Assembly (NCBI GenBank): GCA_903857665.1
Contig: CAIOFV010000084.1
Coordinates: forward strand, 16,294 to 80,293
Source: an uncultured Myxococcales bacterium
GTDB lineage: Bacteria; Myxococcota_A; UBA9042; DTJE01
Reading direction: 5' to 3'
DNA length: 64,000 bases
The notes under the pieces were generated by a model, which saw only the letters and a program-made list of their open reading frames with translations, ran no database searches and was not told the DNA's origin. Shown here piece by piece: positions 20,148 to 30,300 of this stretch; position 1 is the first letter of the stretch, and every line of letters starts with the position of its first letter. The translations under genes and the position numbers were made by a program.

Positions 20148-20882
20148 CTACGGCTCCGGCATCCCTTCGACGACCACGGGTTCGGCCTGCTCGGGCAGGT
20201 GCGCCCGCCCGGAGAAATCGATGAAATGACCGGACCGGGCCGCCTTGGTTTCCAGGTAGAAGCGGTTGTACGCGTTCGGCGGCATCACGTGGGGGATCCG
20301 GCCCGTCACGCGCACGCCCAGATCCTGCAGTTGCTTCATCTTGTCCGGGTTGTTGGTCATCACCTGCACGGATTTCATGCCCATCGAGAAGATCATGTGC
20401 GCCGCGATGGCGTAGTCGCGCTCGTCGTCGCGGAAACCCAGTGCCCGGTTCGCCTCGACGGTGTCCAGGCCGCGGTCCTGCAACGCGTAGGCGCGCACCT
20501 TGTTGATCAACCCGATGCCGCGGCCCTCCTGGCGCAGGTACAGGACCGCCCCGAATTCCAGCGACCCGACCTTTCGCAGGGCCGCCTCCAACTGGTCCCG
20601 GCAGTCGCACCGCAGCGACCCCAGGGCATCCCCCGTCAGGCACTCGCTGTGCATCCGGATCGGCACGTCCTCCCGACCCACCACGTCGCCGCGCAGGATG
20701 GCCACGTGCTCCTTCCCGTCCCGGTTGTTCCAGAACGCCACGATGTGGAAGTCCCCGAAACGCGTGGGCAGCACCGCGACGCTGACGGGCCGGACGCACA
20801 GCCGTTTCGCACCGATCCCCTCGCATTCGTGCTCGCGCTCGTGATCGACGATCTCTTCCAGATGGGCCAGGGCTTCGCTCAT
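20148..20882 (-). CDS. ribA: GTP cyclohydrolase II
   Basis: RMHSECLTGDALGSLRCDCRDQL, YLRQEGRGIGLINK, DTVEAN and MTNNPDK. The ATG overlaps the stop of the upstream gene. Confidence 0.95.
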   Translation of the reverse strand: MSEALAHLEEIVDHEREHECEGIGAKRLCVRPVSVAVLPTRFGDFHIVAFWNNRDGKEHVAILRGDVVGREDVPIRMHSECLTGDALGSLRCDCRDQLEAALRKVGSLEFGAVLYLRQEGRGIGLINKVRAYALQDRGLDTVEANRALGFRDDERDYAIAAHMIFSMGMKSVQVMTNNPDKMKQLQDLGVRVTGRIPHVMPPNAYNRFYLETKAARSGHFIDFSGRAHLPEQAEPVVVEGMPEP

Positions 20883-21934
20883 CCCTTCGTCCTCTCGGCC
20901 AGGCGGACCGCCAGCAGACGACCCGACGTCCAGGCAGCCTCGACGCCTCCGCCTTCGGCAAACACCTCGCCGGTGATGCCCAGGGTCCGCCCGCCGGCGC
21001 CCTCGACGACCAGGGGTCCGGCCAGCTCGTTGCCCGACTCGGTGCGCCCGAACTGCCAGTGGCGCACCTGGGTCCACGTCGGGTGGGCCGCCCACTCGCC
21101 GAACAGGCGCGCCGTTTCGGCCAGAAGCCCCTGCGTCCAGGCATCCACCGGTTCGCCGGCGTGCTGGCGCGACCACCGGGCCGCCGCCTGGATCACCAGT
21201 ACCGTCCACTTCGGATCCGGGCGCTTGGCCGAATCGTGCACGACATCCTTGAGGATCATCGAGGTCTCGGGGAAGGCGACGTCCCATGCCGGGGCGGGCG
21301 CATCTGCAGGATACCCGGCAATCACTGTCAGGCAGGGCACGCTGGAGGCCACCATCCGCAACAGGTGCCGCGCGCCCTCCAGTTCCAGGTCGCCCGGGGG
21401 CAACCCGTCCACCAGGGCCAGCGTCTCTTCCGTGGCCAGGGCCAGCACGACGAACCGGGCCCGCGCCGTGCCGCCACCCGCCAGGTCCAGCCGCCACAGG
21501 GCGCCGTCCGGATGCATCGCCAGCACCGTCGTCACCAGCCGCACGTCCAGGCCCGCGGCCATCATCTTCGGGAACGCCGTGACGCCCTCGGCATAGGCGG
21601 CGCGCCGCTCGCCGGGCGCGAACGCATCCGGCTGGCAGGGGGTGCCCGTGCCTTCGATCCGCGAGGGCCACCCATCGAGGATCGTGGCGCCAGGCACCGA
21701 GCGGACCGCGTCCAGGAACGCAGGGTCGGACCCGTGCAGGAACGCCACGCCGTGATCGACGGGCTGGCCCTCGATGCGCCGGGTGGCGCACCGCCCTCCC
21801 ACGCCGCGACCGCGGTCCAGCAGCGTCACCGGGATGCCCTTGTGGGCCAGGTCCCGCGCGCAGGCAAGACCGGCGACACCGGCACCCACCACCAGTACGC
21901 CCGGGTGGGGATCGAGCGGAAAGACGGTATTCAT
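20879..21934 (-). CDS. Renalase-like NAD(P)/FAD-dependent oxidoreductase
   Basis: VVGAGVAGLACA, DRGRGVGGRCATRR, DHGVAF and C-terminal GE...GGVEAAWTSG. Confidence 0.85.
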   Translation of the reverse strand: MNTVFPLDPHPGVLVVGAGVAGLACARDLAHKGIPVTLLDRGRGVGGRCATRRIEGQPVDHGVAFLHGSDPAFLDAVRSVPGATILDGWPSRIEGTGTPCQPDAFAPGERRAAYAEGVTAFPKMMAAGLDVRLVTTVLAMHPDGALWRLDLAGGGTARARFVVLALATEETLALVDGLPPGDLELEGARHLLRMVASSVPCLTVIAGYPADAPAPAWDVAFPETSMILKDVVHDSAKRPDPKWTVLVIQAAARWSRQHAGEPVDAWTQGLLAETARLFGEWAAHPTWTQVRHWQFGRTESGNELAGPLVVEGAGGRTLGITGEVFAEGGGVEAAWTSGRLLAVRLAERTKG

Positions 21935-22027
21935 GCGTCCAATGTTCAGGTATCGGCTCGCGGATGGCAACCGGGAACGACGCCTTCCCGTACGATCGAG
22001 GATCGGTACGCAGTCAGGCCCGGAGGC

Positions 22028-23788
22028 TCAGGCGCCTCGACGCAGGACGCGCCCAGGCAACGGGTCCGGGTGGAAGCCGTCCGGGTCCACGACGGCCTGC
22101 CCGTTGATGAACACGGTGTGGATGCCCTCGGGGAAGTGCGCCGGATCCTGCGCGGTGGAATGCGAGGACAGGCGACGCTCGTCGAACACCACCAGGTCGG
22201 CGAACGCCCCGGGACGCACGCGACCGCGATCGCGGATGCCCATCTGGTCGGCCGGCAGGGACGTGGCGCGGCGTATGCCCTCGGCCATCGTCACGACCCC
22301 GCGATCCCGGGCATACCCGCCCAGCCAGCGCGGGTACGCGTCGTAGAACAGGTGCGACGGCATGCCGAAGCCCAGCAGGATCGTGTCGGTAACGATCGAA
22401 ACATGCGGGTTGCCCAGGGCCGCCAGCACCGATCGCTCGACGAAGGGATCGCCCGGGTACGTCGCGGTTTCGAACACCAGCACGCGCCCCTGCTCTTCCA
22501 CCAGCAGGTCGCACGCCACGTCGAAGGGGTGCCGCCCCGATTCGTCGCCGATCTGCTGAAGGCTTTTTCCTTCGAGCCGCTTGTTGTGCGGCAGCGTCAC
22601 GGACATGATGAACGCCGCGTCCCAGCCCATCACCTTGAACACGTTGAAGGACCACGAGTCGCGCCCACGGTGCGGCCACGCCACGTCCCCGTTCTCGATG
22701 CTCCGCCGGATCTCGACGCGCTGGACCGGGTCCTGCAGGCGCCCAAGCATCGCCCGGATGCCGCCCTGGAGGGTCCAGGGCGGGAAGAACGCCAGCAGGT
22801 GCGTGAACCCCGCCGAGGTCGGCATCCCGTCGAACCCGATCGGCTCGCCGGCGTCGGCGGCCTTGAAGGCCTTCTCCATCCGACTGGCCAGCAGCCCGTC
22901 GATCGGGATGGGCAGCGGCAGCGTTTCGTACAGGCGGCTGGCCAGGTTGATGGCGTGGTGCGCCAGGCGGTCCAGCGGGTAGTTCAGCCGGGGGATGCAG
23001 AAGAGGTGGCTGACCTGCAGCGGGACCTCGGCGGCCCGGCACACGTCCATCACCTCGTCCAGCGCCTGGACCATGGTGTCCGAGTTGTACGACCGCAGGT
23101 GCGACGTGAAGATGCCGTTGTACCGGTGGATGACGCGGGCCAGTTCCGTCAGTTCCAGGGAATCGGACGCCAGGCCCGGGAAGTACATCAGGCCGGTGGA
23201 CATGCCCAGCGCGCCCGCCTCCATGCAGTCCGCCAGCATGCCCTTGAGGGCCCGCAGGTCCACCGGATCCGCGGTTTCGTTCCGGTCGCCCATCGCGTTC
23301 AGACGGAGGATGCCGTGGGGCGCCAGGAACCCCGCGTTCAGCAGCGTGCCCTGCGATTCGCACGTGTCCAGCATCTCGCCGAACGTGCTCCAGTGGACGT
23401 TGTCGTCCTGGGGCGCCCCCAGGAAGAAGTCGAAGAACGTGAAGATATCGGCCTTGTGCTTCGGGAACACCGGCGCCATCGACACGCCGCAGTTGCCCCC
23501 GACGAACGTGGTGATGCCCTGGCGGACCAGCGGTTCCAGGATCCCCGCGTGATCCGGCCGGACCAGGGTCATGTCCGCGTGCGAGTGGGCGTCGATGAAG
23601 CCCGGGCAAAGCGCCAGGCCGCGGGCGTTCACGCGACGGGCGGCGGTCGCGTCCTCGAGGGTCCCGATGGCGGCGATGCGGTCACCCTTCACGCCGACGT
23701 CGGCGGTGAAAGGCAGGCGTCCCGAGCCGTCGTAGACGCGGGCCCCTTCGATGACGACGTCGAACCGCGGAGCCACCTGGATTGCCAT
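22028..23788 (-). CDS. N-acyl-D-amino-acid deacylase (D-aminoacylase), amidohydrolase family
   Basis: ADVGVKGDRIAAIG, CPGFIDAHSHAD, QGITTFVGGNCG, GMSTGLMYFPG, SHLRS and RGRVRPGAFADLVVFD. Confidence 0.88.
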   Translation of the reverse strand: MAIQVAPRFDVVIEGARVYDGSGRLPFTADVGVKGDRIAAIGTLEDATAARRVNARGLALCPGFIDAHSHADMTLVRPDHAGILEPLVRQGITTFVGGNCGVSMAPVFPKHKADIFTFFDFFLGAPQDDNVHWSTFGEMLDTCESQGTLLNAGFLAPHGILRLNAMGDRNETADPVDLRALKGMLADCMEAGALGMSTGLMYFPGLASDSLELTELARVIHRYNGIFTSHLRSYNSDTMVQALDEVMDVCRAAEVPLQVSHLFCIPRLNYPLDRLAHHAINLASRLYETLPLPIPIDGLLASRMEKAFKAADAGEPIGFDGMPTSAGFTHLLAFFPPWTLQGGIRAMLGRLQDPVQRVEIRRSIENGDVAWPHRGRDSWSFNVFKVMGWDAAFIMSVTLPHNKRLEGKSLQQIGDESGRHPFDVACDLLVEEQGRVLVFETATYPGDPFVERSVLAALGNPHVSIVTDTILLGFGMPSHLFYDAYPRWLGGYARDRGVVTMAEGIRRATSLPADQMGIRDRGRVRPGAFADLVVFDERRLSSHSTAQDPAHFPEGIHTVFINGQAVVDPDGFHPDPLPGRVLRRGA

Positions 23789-23869
23789 GGGAGCCTCCGT
23801 GCCGGTACCCGAGGCGACAGTGTAGCAGACATGACGCGCTCGACGCGATGCGCAAACCCGGGCCCGGCG

Positions 23870-25075
23870 TCACCCGTTCCCTGATCGAAGGGTCCGTGCC
23901 ATGCACCGGGCGAGGTTCCCGTCGTCGTCCCGATCGTGCATCGAGCCCCCCTGGCAGGCCGCCCATTCCCCGCACGACGCGCACGGCCCGCGGCGCAGGC
24001 GGGCGCGGTCGCGGAACGGCTGGAATCGGTTCTTCCACACCTCGGACACGCGGTCGGACCGGGCATCGCCCTGGACGTTGAACCCTGAATGGATGACGGG
24101 GCACCCCACGATGCGGCCGTCGTGCTCGATGCCCAGCACCGTGACGCCGGCCCGGCAGTACAGGAACGACCCGCGCAGCAGACCCCCCTCCCACTCCAGG
24201 CCGCACCACCCGTCGTCCACGAACTCGATTTCGATCGCACGGCGGCCCTCGCGGAACGCGACGCGCTGCTCGGCCACCCACGACAGCACCCGGCGCAGGG
24301 CGGCGGGGGTGAGCACCTCGTCGGGCGCGTCGGCCGCCCGTCCCACGGGGAAGATCGCGGACAGGCGCGCGAATCGGATGCCCAGGTCCTCGAAGCGCTG
24401 AAACACGGCCGGGACCTCCGGCAGGTTCAGCGGCGACGCCGCGCAGATGGTCGTGGTGCCCAGGTCCGGGTATCGCCGCTGCACGTACTCGATGGCGCGC
24501 CAGGTGTGCGCGCCGGCCGAGGCGTCGCCCCGGAGCACCCGCTGGGCCTCGCCGATCCCGTCCACCGAGATCGTGGGGCACTTCATGCCCGCGTCCACCA
24601 GCCGATCCAGCAGCGACAGGTCGCGGCCGTAGGCGACGCCGTTCGAGTCCACCGCCACGGTGCGGAATCCCAGGCGCACCATGTACGCGACGATCTCGAC
24701 CAGGTCCGGCCGCAGCGTCGCCTCGCCGCCGGTGATGCCGATCATGATCCCCGCCGGGTCGAAGTCCTCCGCCATTTCCGCGAAGACGCGCTTCACCTCG
24801 TCGGTGGACAGGTCGTCGCCCGGGCTCTCCTCGGAAGGCAGCACGCAGTACCGGCAGCGCAGGTTGCAGCGCCGGGTGGCCATCCAGATGACGAAGCGCA
24901 GCCTGGGGTTCGCCAGGATGTACCGGAAGTTCGAACGCCACTCGTCCAGGCTGGCGCGAAACGCCGGGTCCCGCACGCGGGCCGCCTGGATCGCGGGCAG
25001 CGCCTGGTCGAACGCCTGGGAAGGGGCGCAAGGCTCGTCGCGGGGATCGCGGGGATCGCGAGGCTCGTCCGGCAT
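23870..25075 (-). CDS. Radical SAM/SPASM domain protein, resembling the rSAM/lipoprotein-system family
   Basis: CNLRCRYC (CxxxCxxC) and ITGGEA. SPASM region YCRAG...DGRIVGC...VWKNRFQPFRDR...CASCGEWAACQGG...RC. Its ATG overlaps the TGA of the upstream gene (TGATG). Confidence 0.9.
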   Translation of the reverse strand: MPDEPRDPRDPRDEPCAPSQAFDQALPAIQAARVRDPAFRASLDEWRSNFRYILANPRLRFVIWMATRRCNLRCRYCVLPSEESPGDDLSTDEVKRVFAEMAEDFDPAGIMIGITGGEATLRPDLVEIVAYMVRLGFRTVAVDSNGVAYGRDLSLLDRLVDAGMKCPTISVDGIGEAQRVLRGDASAGAHTWRAIEYVQRRYPDLGTTTICAASPLNLPEVPAVFQRFEDLGIRFARLSAIFPVGRAADAPDEVLTPAALRRVLSWVAEQRVAFREGRRAIEIEFVDDGWCGLEWEGGLLRGSFLYCRAGVTVLGIEHDGRIVGCPVIHSGFNVQGDARSDRVSEVWKNRFQPFRDRARLRRGPCASCGEWAACQGGSMHDRDDDGNLARCMARTLRSGNG

Positions 25076-25935
25076 CACGACGTCTTCACGCAGGCGTTGG
25101 TGATGCCGACGTTCGCGCACGTCGAGCCGTCCGGGCAGGGCGTTCCCGCCGGGTCGCACACGATCGGCAGGCAGACCTCGGTGGCGACGATGCAGAACAT
25201 GTCCGCCGGGCAGCCGTCCCTGCAGAAGTTCTGGGGCGACGTGCAGGCCGCGTCCGACGAGCACGGGGCCCAGTAGCCCCCGGCGACCTTCGTGGGCTGC
25301 CGGACGCAGGTCTTCATCATCGACCCTGCGGACTTGTTGTCGTAGGGCATGCAGGTCGATCCGTCGGGGCAGGCGTCGCTGGCGCCGCACGCCTTCGGCA
25401 TGCACGCCGGGATGCCGCACCCGGGCACGGCGACGATGCAGATCGCCTCGTTGGTGCAGTAGTACTCCTGGCTGCAGTCGCCATCGACGAGGCACGCGGC
25501 CTGGAATCCGCCCGCCGGCGGGACCGGCGCCACGTCCGGGCCCGGGTCGAACGGTGCGATCGCGATGGCGTCGGGAGGCAGGTCCGCCGGGCCCGGGTCG
25601 AGCGGGGCGATCGCGATCATCTCCGGCGGCGCGTCCACCGGGCCCGGATCGAACGGCGCGATGGCGATCAGTTCCGGCCACGCGTCCACCGGCCCCGGGT
25701 CGAAGGGCGGCGCAATCGCGATGACTTCCGGGTCCACCCAGCCGTCGGGCATGTCCGGCCGATCGGCGACGATGTCCGTGGGGGCGTCGGCCTTGTCCTT
25801 CTGGCCGTCGCTCGGGCACCCGGTCAATCCCAGCGGCGCCAGGATCATCATCGCGCCCCCCGTGTAGAGGCGGCGGCGGTCCAGCCACCTGGGGCGGCGC
25901 GCACCGCGCGCGGAGCCATCGCTTCCCTTCGCCAT
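25075..25935 (-). CDS. Lipoprotein with four tandem IAIAP-xDPGP repeats and a Cys-rich C-domain; candidate radical SAM substrate
   Basis: ATG 25935 after a GGGGGAGGGG RBS. DRRRLY (Tat-like) plus lipobox LTGC. Four repeats of 17-18 aa, then two CxxDxxC modules. Confidence 0.8.
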   Translation of the reverse strand: MAKGSDGSARGARRPRWLDRRRLYTGGAMMILAPLGLTGCPSDGQKDKADAPTDIVADRPDMPDGWVDPEVIAIAPPFDPGPVDAWPELIAIAPFDPGPVDAPPEMIAIAPLDPGPADLPPDAIAIAPFDPGPDVAPVPPAGGFQAACLVDGDCSQEYYCTNEAICIVAVPGCGIPACMPKACGASDACPDGSTCMPYDNKSAGSMMKTCVRQPTKVAGGYWAPCSSDAACTSPQNFCRDGCPADMFCIVATEVCLPIVCDPAGTPCPDGSTCANVGITNACVKTS

Positions 25936-26040
25936 GTGTCCCCTCCCCCCGGGTTGCCCTGGAGCCATGATACAAAAATGGAAGGGACACCGTCCACGTT
26001 TCCGGCTACCTTCGCCCCATCTTCCCCGGAGGGCACCACC

Positions 26041-26745
26041 ATGCCGCGCGCGAACGATCGGCCCGTCGACCAGCTGCGGAGCGTCCGCATCCTCACAGGG
26101 GTCCAGAAGGATCCCTGGGGATCGGTTCAGATCGCGTTCGAGGACACCGTGGTCCTGGTCGCCGCCACGGTGGCCGAACAGGTTCCGCCGTGGCTGAAGG
26201 GCAAGGGCCGCGGATGGATCACGGCCGAGTACTCCATGCTCCCGGGTTCGACGCCGGGCCGCCAGGGGCGGGTCCAGAAAGGGCGCTCGGAAGAAATCCA
26301 GCGCCTGGTCGGCCGGTCGCTGCGGGCCATGGTGGACCTCGCGGCGCTGGGCGAGCGCCTGATCACGGTGGACTGCGACGTGCTCCAGGCCGACGCGGGG
26401 ACGCGCTGCGCCTCGATCACGGGCGGGTGCGTGGCGGTCGAACTGGCGGTCCGCCGACTGCTGCGCGAGGGGCTTCTGCCGGCATCCCCGATCCGTCGCC
26501 GGGTCTGCGCGGTGTCCTGCGCCCTCGTCGATGGAGTGCCGGTCCTGGATCCCGATTATTCCGAAGATCATCGCGCGGACGTGGACGCGAACTTCGTCTT
26601 CTGCGAGGACGGACGCCTGGTCGAGGTGCAGGGCACCGCCGAGGGCGAACCCTTCGACACCGCGTCCCTGGAAGCCCTGCTGCGCCTTGCCCGGAAGGGG
26701 GCCGACGCGCTGTTCGACATCCAGCGCGCGACCGTCGGGAGTTGA
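26041..26745 (+). CDS. rph: Ribonuclease PH
   Basis: GWITAEYSMLP, GRSEEIQRLVGRSLRA, DCDVLQADAGTRCASITG, LDPDYSED and EVQGTAEG. Confidence 0.95.
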   Translation: MPRANDRPVDQLRSVRILTGVQKDPWGSVQIAFEDTVVLVAATVAEQVPPWLKGKGRGWITAEYSMLPGSTPGRQGRVQKGRSEEIQRLVGRSLRAMVDLAALGERLITVDCDVLQADAGTRCASITGGCVAVELAVRRLLREGLLPASPIRRRVCAVSCALVDGVPVLDPDYSEDHRADVDANFVFCEDGRLVEVQGTAEGEPFDTASLEALLRLARKGADALFDIQRATVGS

Positions 26746-26972
26746 ACCGCGACCGTCTGTTCCCCCTGCCCTTGAAAAGCATCTTCCAGCGGCGACAAGA
26801 AACGGATATCCTTGGTCACGGTACCCGGGCGACGGGACGCCGCAGGACTGTTTCGAGGGCCCGGGGGCGGGCCCGAACGGGCCGCGGCCCGGGCGCAGGC
26901 CGGCAGGCATGCCGCCCGTCGCGCCACGGAAGGCATGCGAGTGCCTGGCATGGAAGCCGGGTGGCAGGGCGA

Positions 26973-26988
26973 TGGCAAGGAACTTGCA
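26973..26988 (+). promoter_or_regulatory. Sigma54 (-24/-12) promoter upstream of the fibre gene cluster
   Basis: TGGCAAG-GAAC-TTGCA has one mismatch to TGGCACG-N4-TTGCW and the exact spacing. Confidence 0.7.
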
Positions 26989-27395
26989 GAATCGTCCTCG
27001 GAAGGTGTTGGTCGTTCGGGGGTCCGAATGGCCAACCCATTAAAAGAGTGAACGACTGTAGGTGGACGGGTCGGGTCCTGGAAGCGCGCAGGGTGCGCAA
27101 CAAATGCGCGCATGGGGCAATTAATGTCAGTCCTTGCCCAGGTGGTTGAACGCAACAATCGTGTCGGGGAGTCCCCACTGCGACGGGACAACGGAAGGCT
27201 CCCGACCCTGAGCGGGCGACCTGTTCGGACACCAACCGAACCTCCAACGCGTCGTGCTTCCCAGAAATTCCTGGAGGGATCGTTTGCTTCCTCCGGAAAT
27301 GACTGCGACCGATGTTCCAGGCTTCCAGGTGCTCTGGCCGGGTGTCCGCTCGATGGCGTCGAGGACGGGGTGCGGCACGTGTCGGAGGTACAGTC

Positions 27396-30300
27396 ATGAG
27401 CAGGACGCGTCTCTGCGGGTTCCTTTTCTCGGGGGCGTTGCTGCTGTGGAGCCTCGATGTGCCGGCCGTCGAGGACGTGCCGCCCGGGATCCGCGTGGCT
27501 GGCGTTCTTCGGAACGCGGCCGGAGAACCCGTGACCGGGACCATCCGCGTCACGTTCCGGATCTACGCGAATGCCTCGTGTACTCCATATAACGAAGCGG
27601 TTGCCGACTACGACAACCAGTGCCTTTGGTGGGTGGGGCTCCCCCAGGACATGCAGGTCGTGCAGGGCGCCTTCACGGCGAGCGTGCCTTCGACCCTGGA
27701 TCTGGCGCTGAATCCCACCCTGAACTGGGAGGCGTGGTTCATCAACAACTCCGCTTCGCCCTACCTGGGAATCGAGGCCGCCGGCCGGATCCTCCAGCCG
27801 CGCAATGCCATCACATCCAAGGGGTTCGCGATCCAGTCCAGGCATGCCGAGGAGGCCGACGTGGCCTTCGACCTGGCCTGCGACGGCTGCGTGAACGGAA
27901 CGCAGGGCACGATCGCCGCCGGCGCGATTTCCAACCGCCACGTCAAGACCGACGCGGCGATCGCCGCGACCAAGCTGGCCGGCGTCGCGCTGGCGGGCCA
28001 CGGCCACACCGGCTACCTTCTGGCCAACCCGGCCCTGTCCCAGTCGGCGTCCGTCGATCTGGCCAGGACCGTGACGGCTTCCGATTTCGTGGACCAGGCC
28101 AACCTGAACTACTACGTCGATCCGTACCCGCCCGTCGGGACCACTTCCGCCCATCTCCGAGGGACCGTGCTCCTCGGGCAGAATCCCGTGGCGTCACCGC
28201 CCGCGGATGCCCTGCTGTCCGTCGGAACGACCGGGCAGTTCCAGGTCAGCACCCTCGGCCAGGTCACGATCGCGGGCCTTCCCTACACGTGGCCTCTGAC
28301 CGCCGGTGTTTCCGGGCAGTTCCTGTCCAATGACGGGTTCGGCACCCTTTCCTGGGCCGATCCCGTCCCGGCGGCAGGCACCGGTTTCGTGACCCGCTTC
28401 GCACCCAACGTCCTGGTCACCCGCGAGGTCGTCGGGACCACCGGCCAGATCGCCGTCGCCGACGGGCTGGGCCAGGCTGCCGATCCCAGGATCTCCCTGG
28501 TATCGAATCCCTACTTCCCGGGTACCGGCGCCCTGGGGCTCCCCTCCGGAACCGAGCTCCAGCGTCCCCAGAGCGGCATTTCCACGGGAACCCTGCGGTT
28601 CAACACGGACCGCTCGGCCCTCGAATACTGGGAAGGCTCGAAATGGATGTCGGTCGCCATGGACACCGACATCCTCAACGCGATGCCCGTTGGCACCATC
28701 ATGGCCTTCGCGGGGTCGATTCCGCCATCGACATGGCTCGTGTGCGACGGTTCGATCATGCCTCGCAACATCACGGTCGATGGGGTCTCCCAGCCGGATC
28801 CGTTGTTCGCGGTCATCGGGACCGCCTGGGGCGCTCCGACCTCAGGCACGTTCAACATCCCCGACCTCCGGGGCCAGTTCCTTCGCGGTGTCGATACCCT
28901 GGGTGACGTGGATCTGGACCCCGCCGGGTCTACCGGACGCAATTTCCTGAACCCGGGGGGCAATACCGGGCGCAAGGTCGGTTCCTTCCAGATGTCCGCC
29001 AACCAGGACCACACCCATTCCGCCACCCCGGTGCTGGCACCGTCGCAAGGCTCGCTCCGCGGCATGACGTGCGAGCAGACCGGGTCCGGCGCGGCGCTGG
29101 TTCCGGCGTCGAACCTGTCCGGTTCCGCGGCGCTGGCGGCCTTCTTCGGCAGCGATTCCACGCTTCGCGCCGGCGGGTTCCTGGCCAACGCCGCACAGAT
29201 TCCCGCTCCCACGGGCAACGTCTGGATCCAGAACGATCAGATCAACCTGTCCGGGGAGGCCGTCCCGGTCAATGCGGCCGTGACGTGGATCATCCGGGCG
29301 CGATCCTGTGCGAACGGCGCGTGCAGCGCGGCGTGCCCGGCAGGAATGGGCGACTGCCTCGACCTCAGCGACCCCCAGAACCCGAAGCCAGGCCAGGATG
29401 GCCTGTGCGAAACGGTCCTCACGACCGACGAGAACTGCGGCTCCTGTGGCGTTGCCTGCACGCTGCCGAACGCCTTGACGTCCTGTTCGACGGGCACGTG
29501 CCATCTGGCTTCATGCAACAACTTCCCCGCCACGACCCGGCATTCCTATGGCAATTGCGATGGTGTCGAATCGAACGGCTGCGAAACGTCGCTGGACCAA
29601 CTGAACAACTGCGCCGACTGCCTTGTGCCGTGCACGCGCCTCAATGCAACGCCCAGTTGCTCGAACGGCCTGTGCCACATCGATTCCTGCAACCTTGGCT
29701 GGGGGAACTGCAACAGCAACGACCCCGACGGCTGCGAAACCTCCCTCCGGACGATCACCAATTGCGTGACATGCGGCACGCCCTGTGCGCGGGCCAACGC
29801 CAGCGCCACCTGCGCCGGCCTGCAGTGTCTCACCGACACCTGCATCGCCCCGTGGGGCAACTGCGATGCCGGGCTGCCGGGCGGCGACGCCAACGGCTGC
29901 GAAACGAACCTGAACATCACTCCCGCGCACTGCGGCAGTTGCCCGCTGTCGTGCGTCTCGACCCATGCCACGACCACGGGTTGCAGCGCCGGCAAGTGCG
30001 TCTACTCGTGCTCTGCCGGATGGGCCGATTGCTCGTCGGCCCTCAACGACGGGTGCGAAATGAACATATGGGACTACAACGGCACCAGCGCCCGGACCCA
30101 CTGCGGAACGTGCACGAACGTCTGCAACACGGCCCACAACACGCCGATCTGCCCGTCCGGCTCCTGCGTCCCCGTCTGCGACGCGATGTGGGACAACTGC
30201 GATGGCGATTCGACCAACGGATGCGAACAAACGCTGCAGGACATCTATGACCCGATTACCGGCGCCCTGCAGGTTTCGGCAGTGGCCAATTGCGGCGGAT

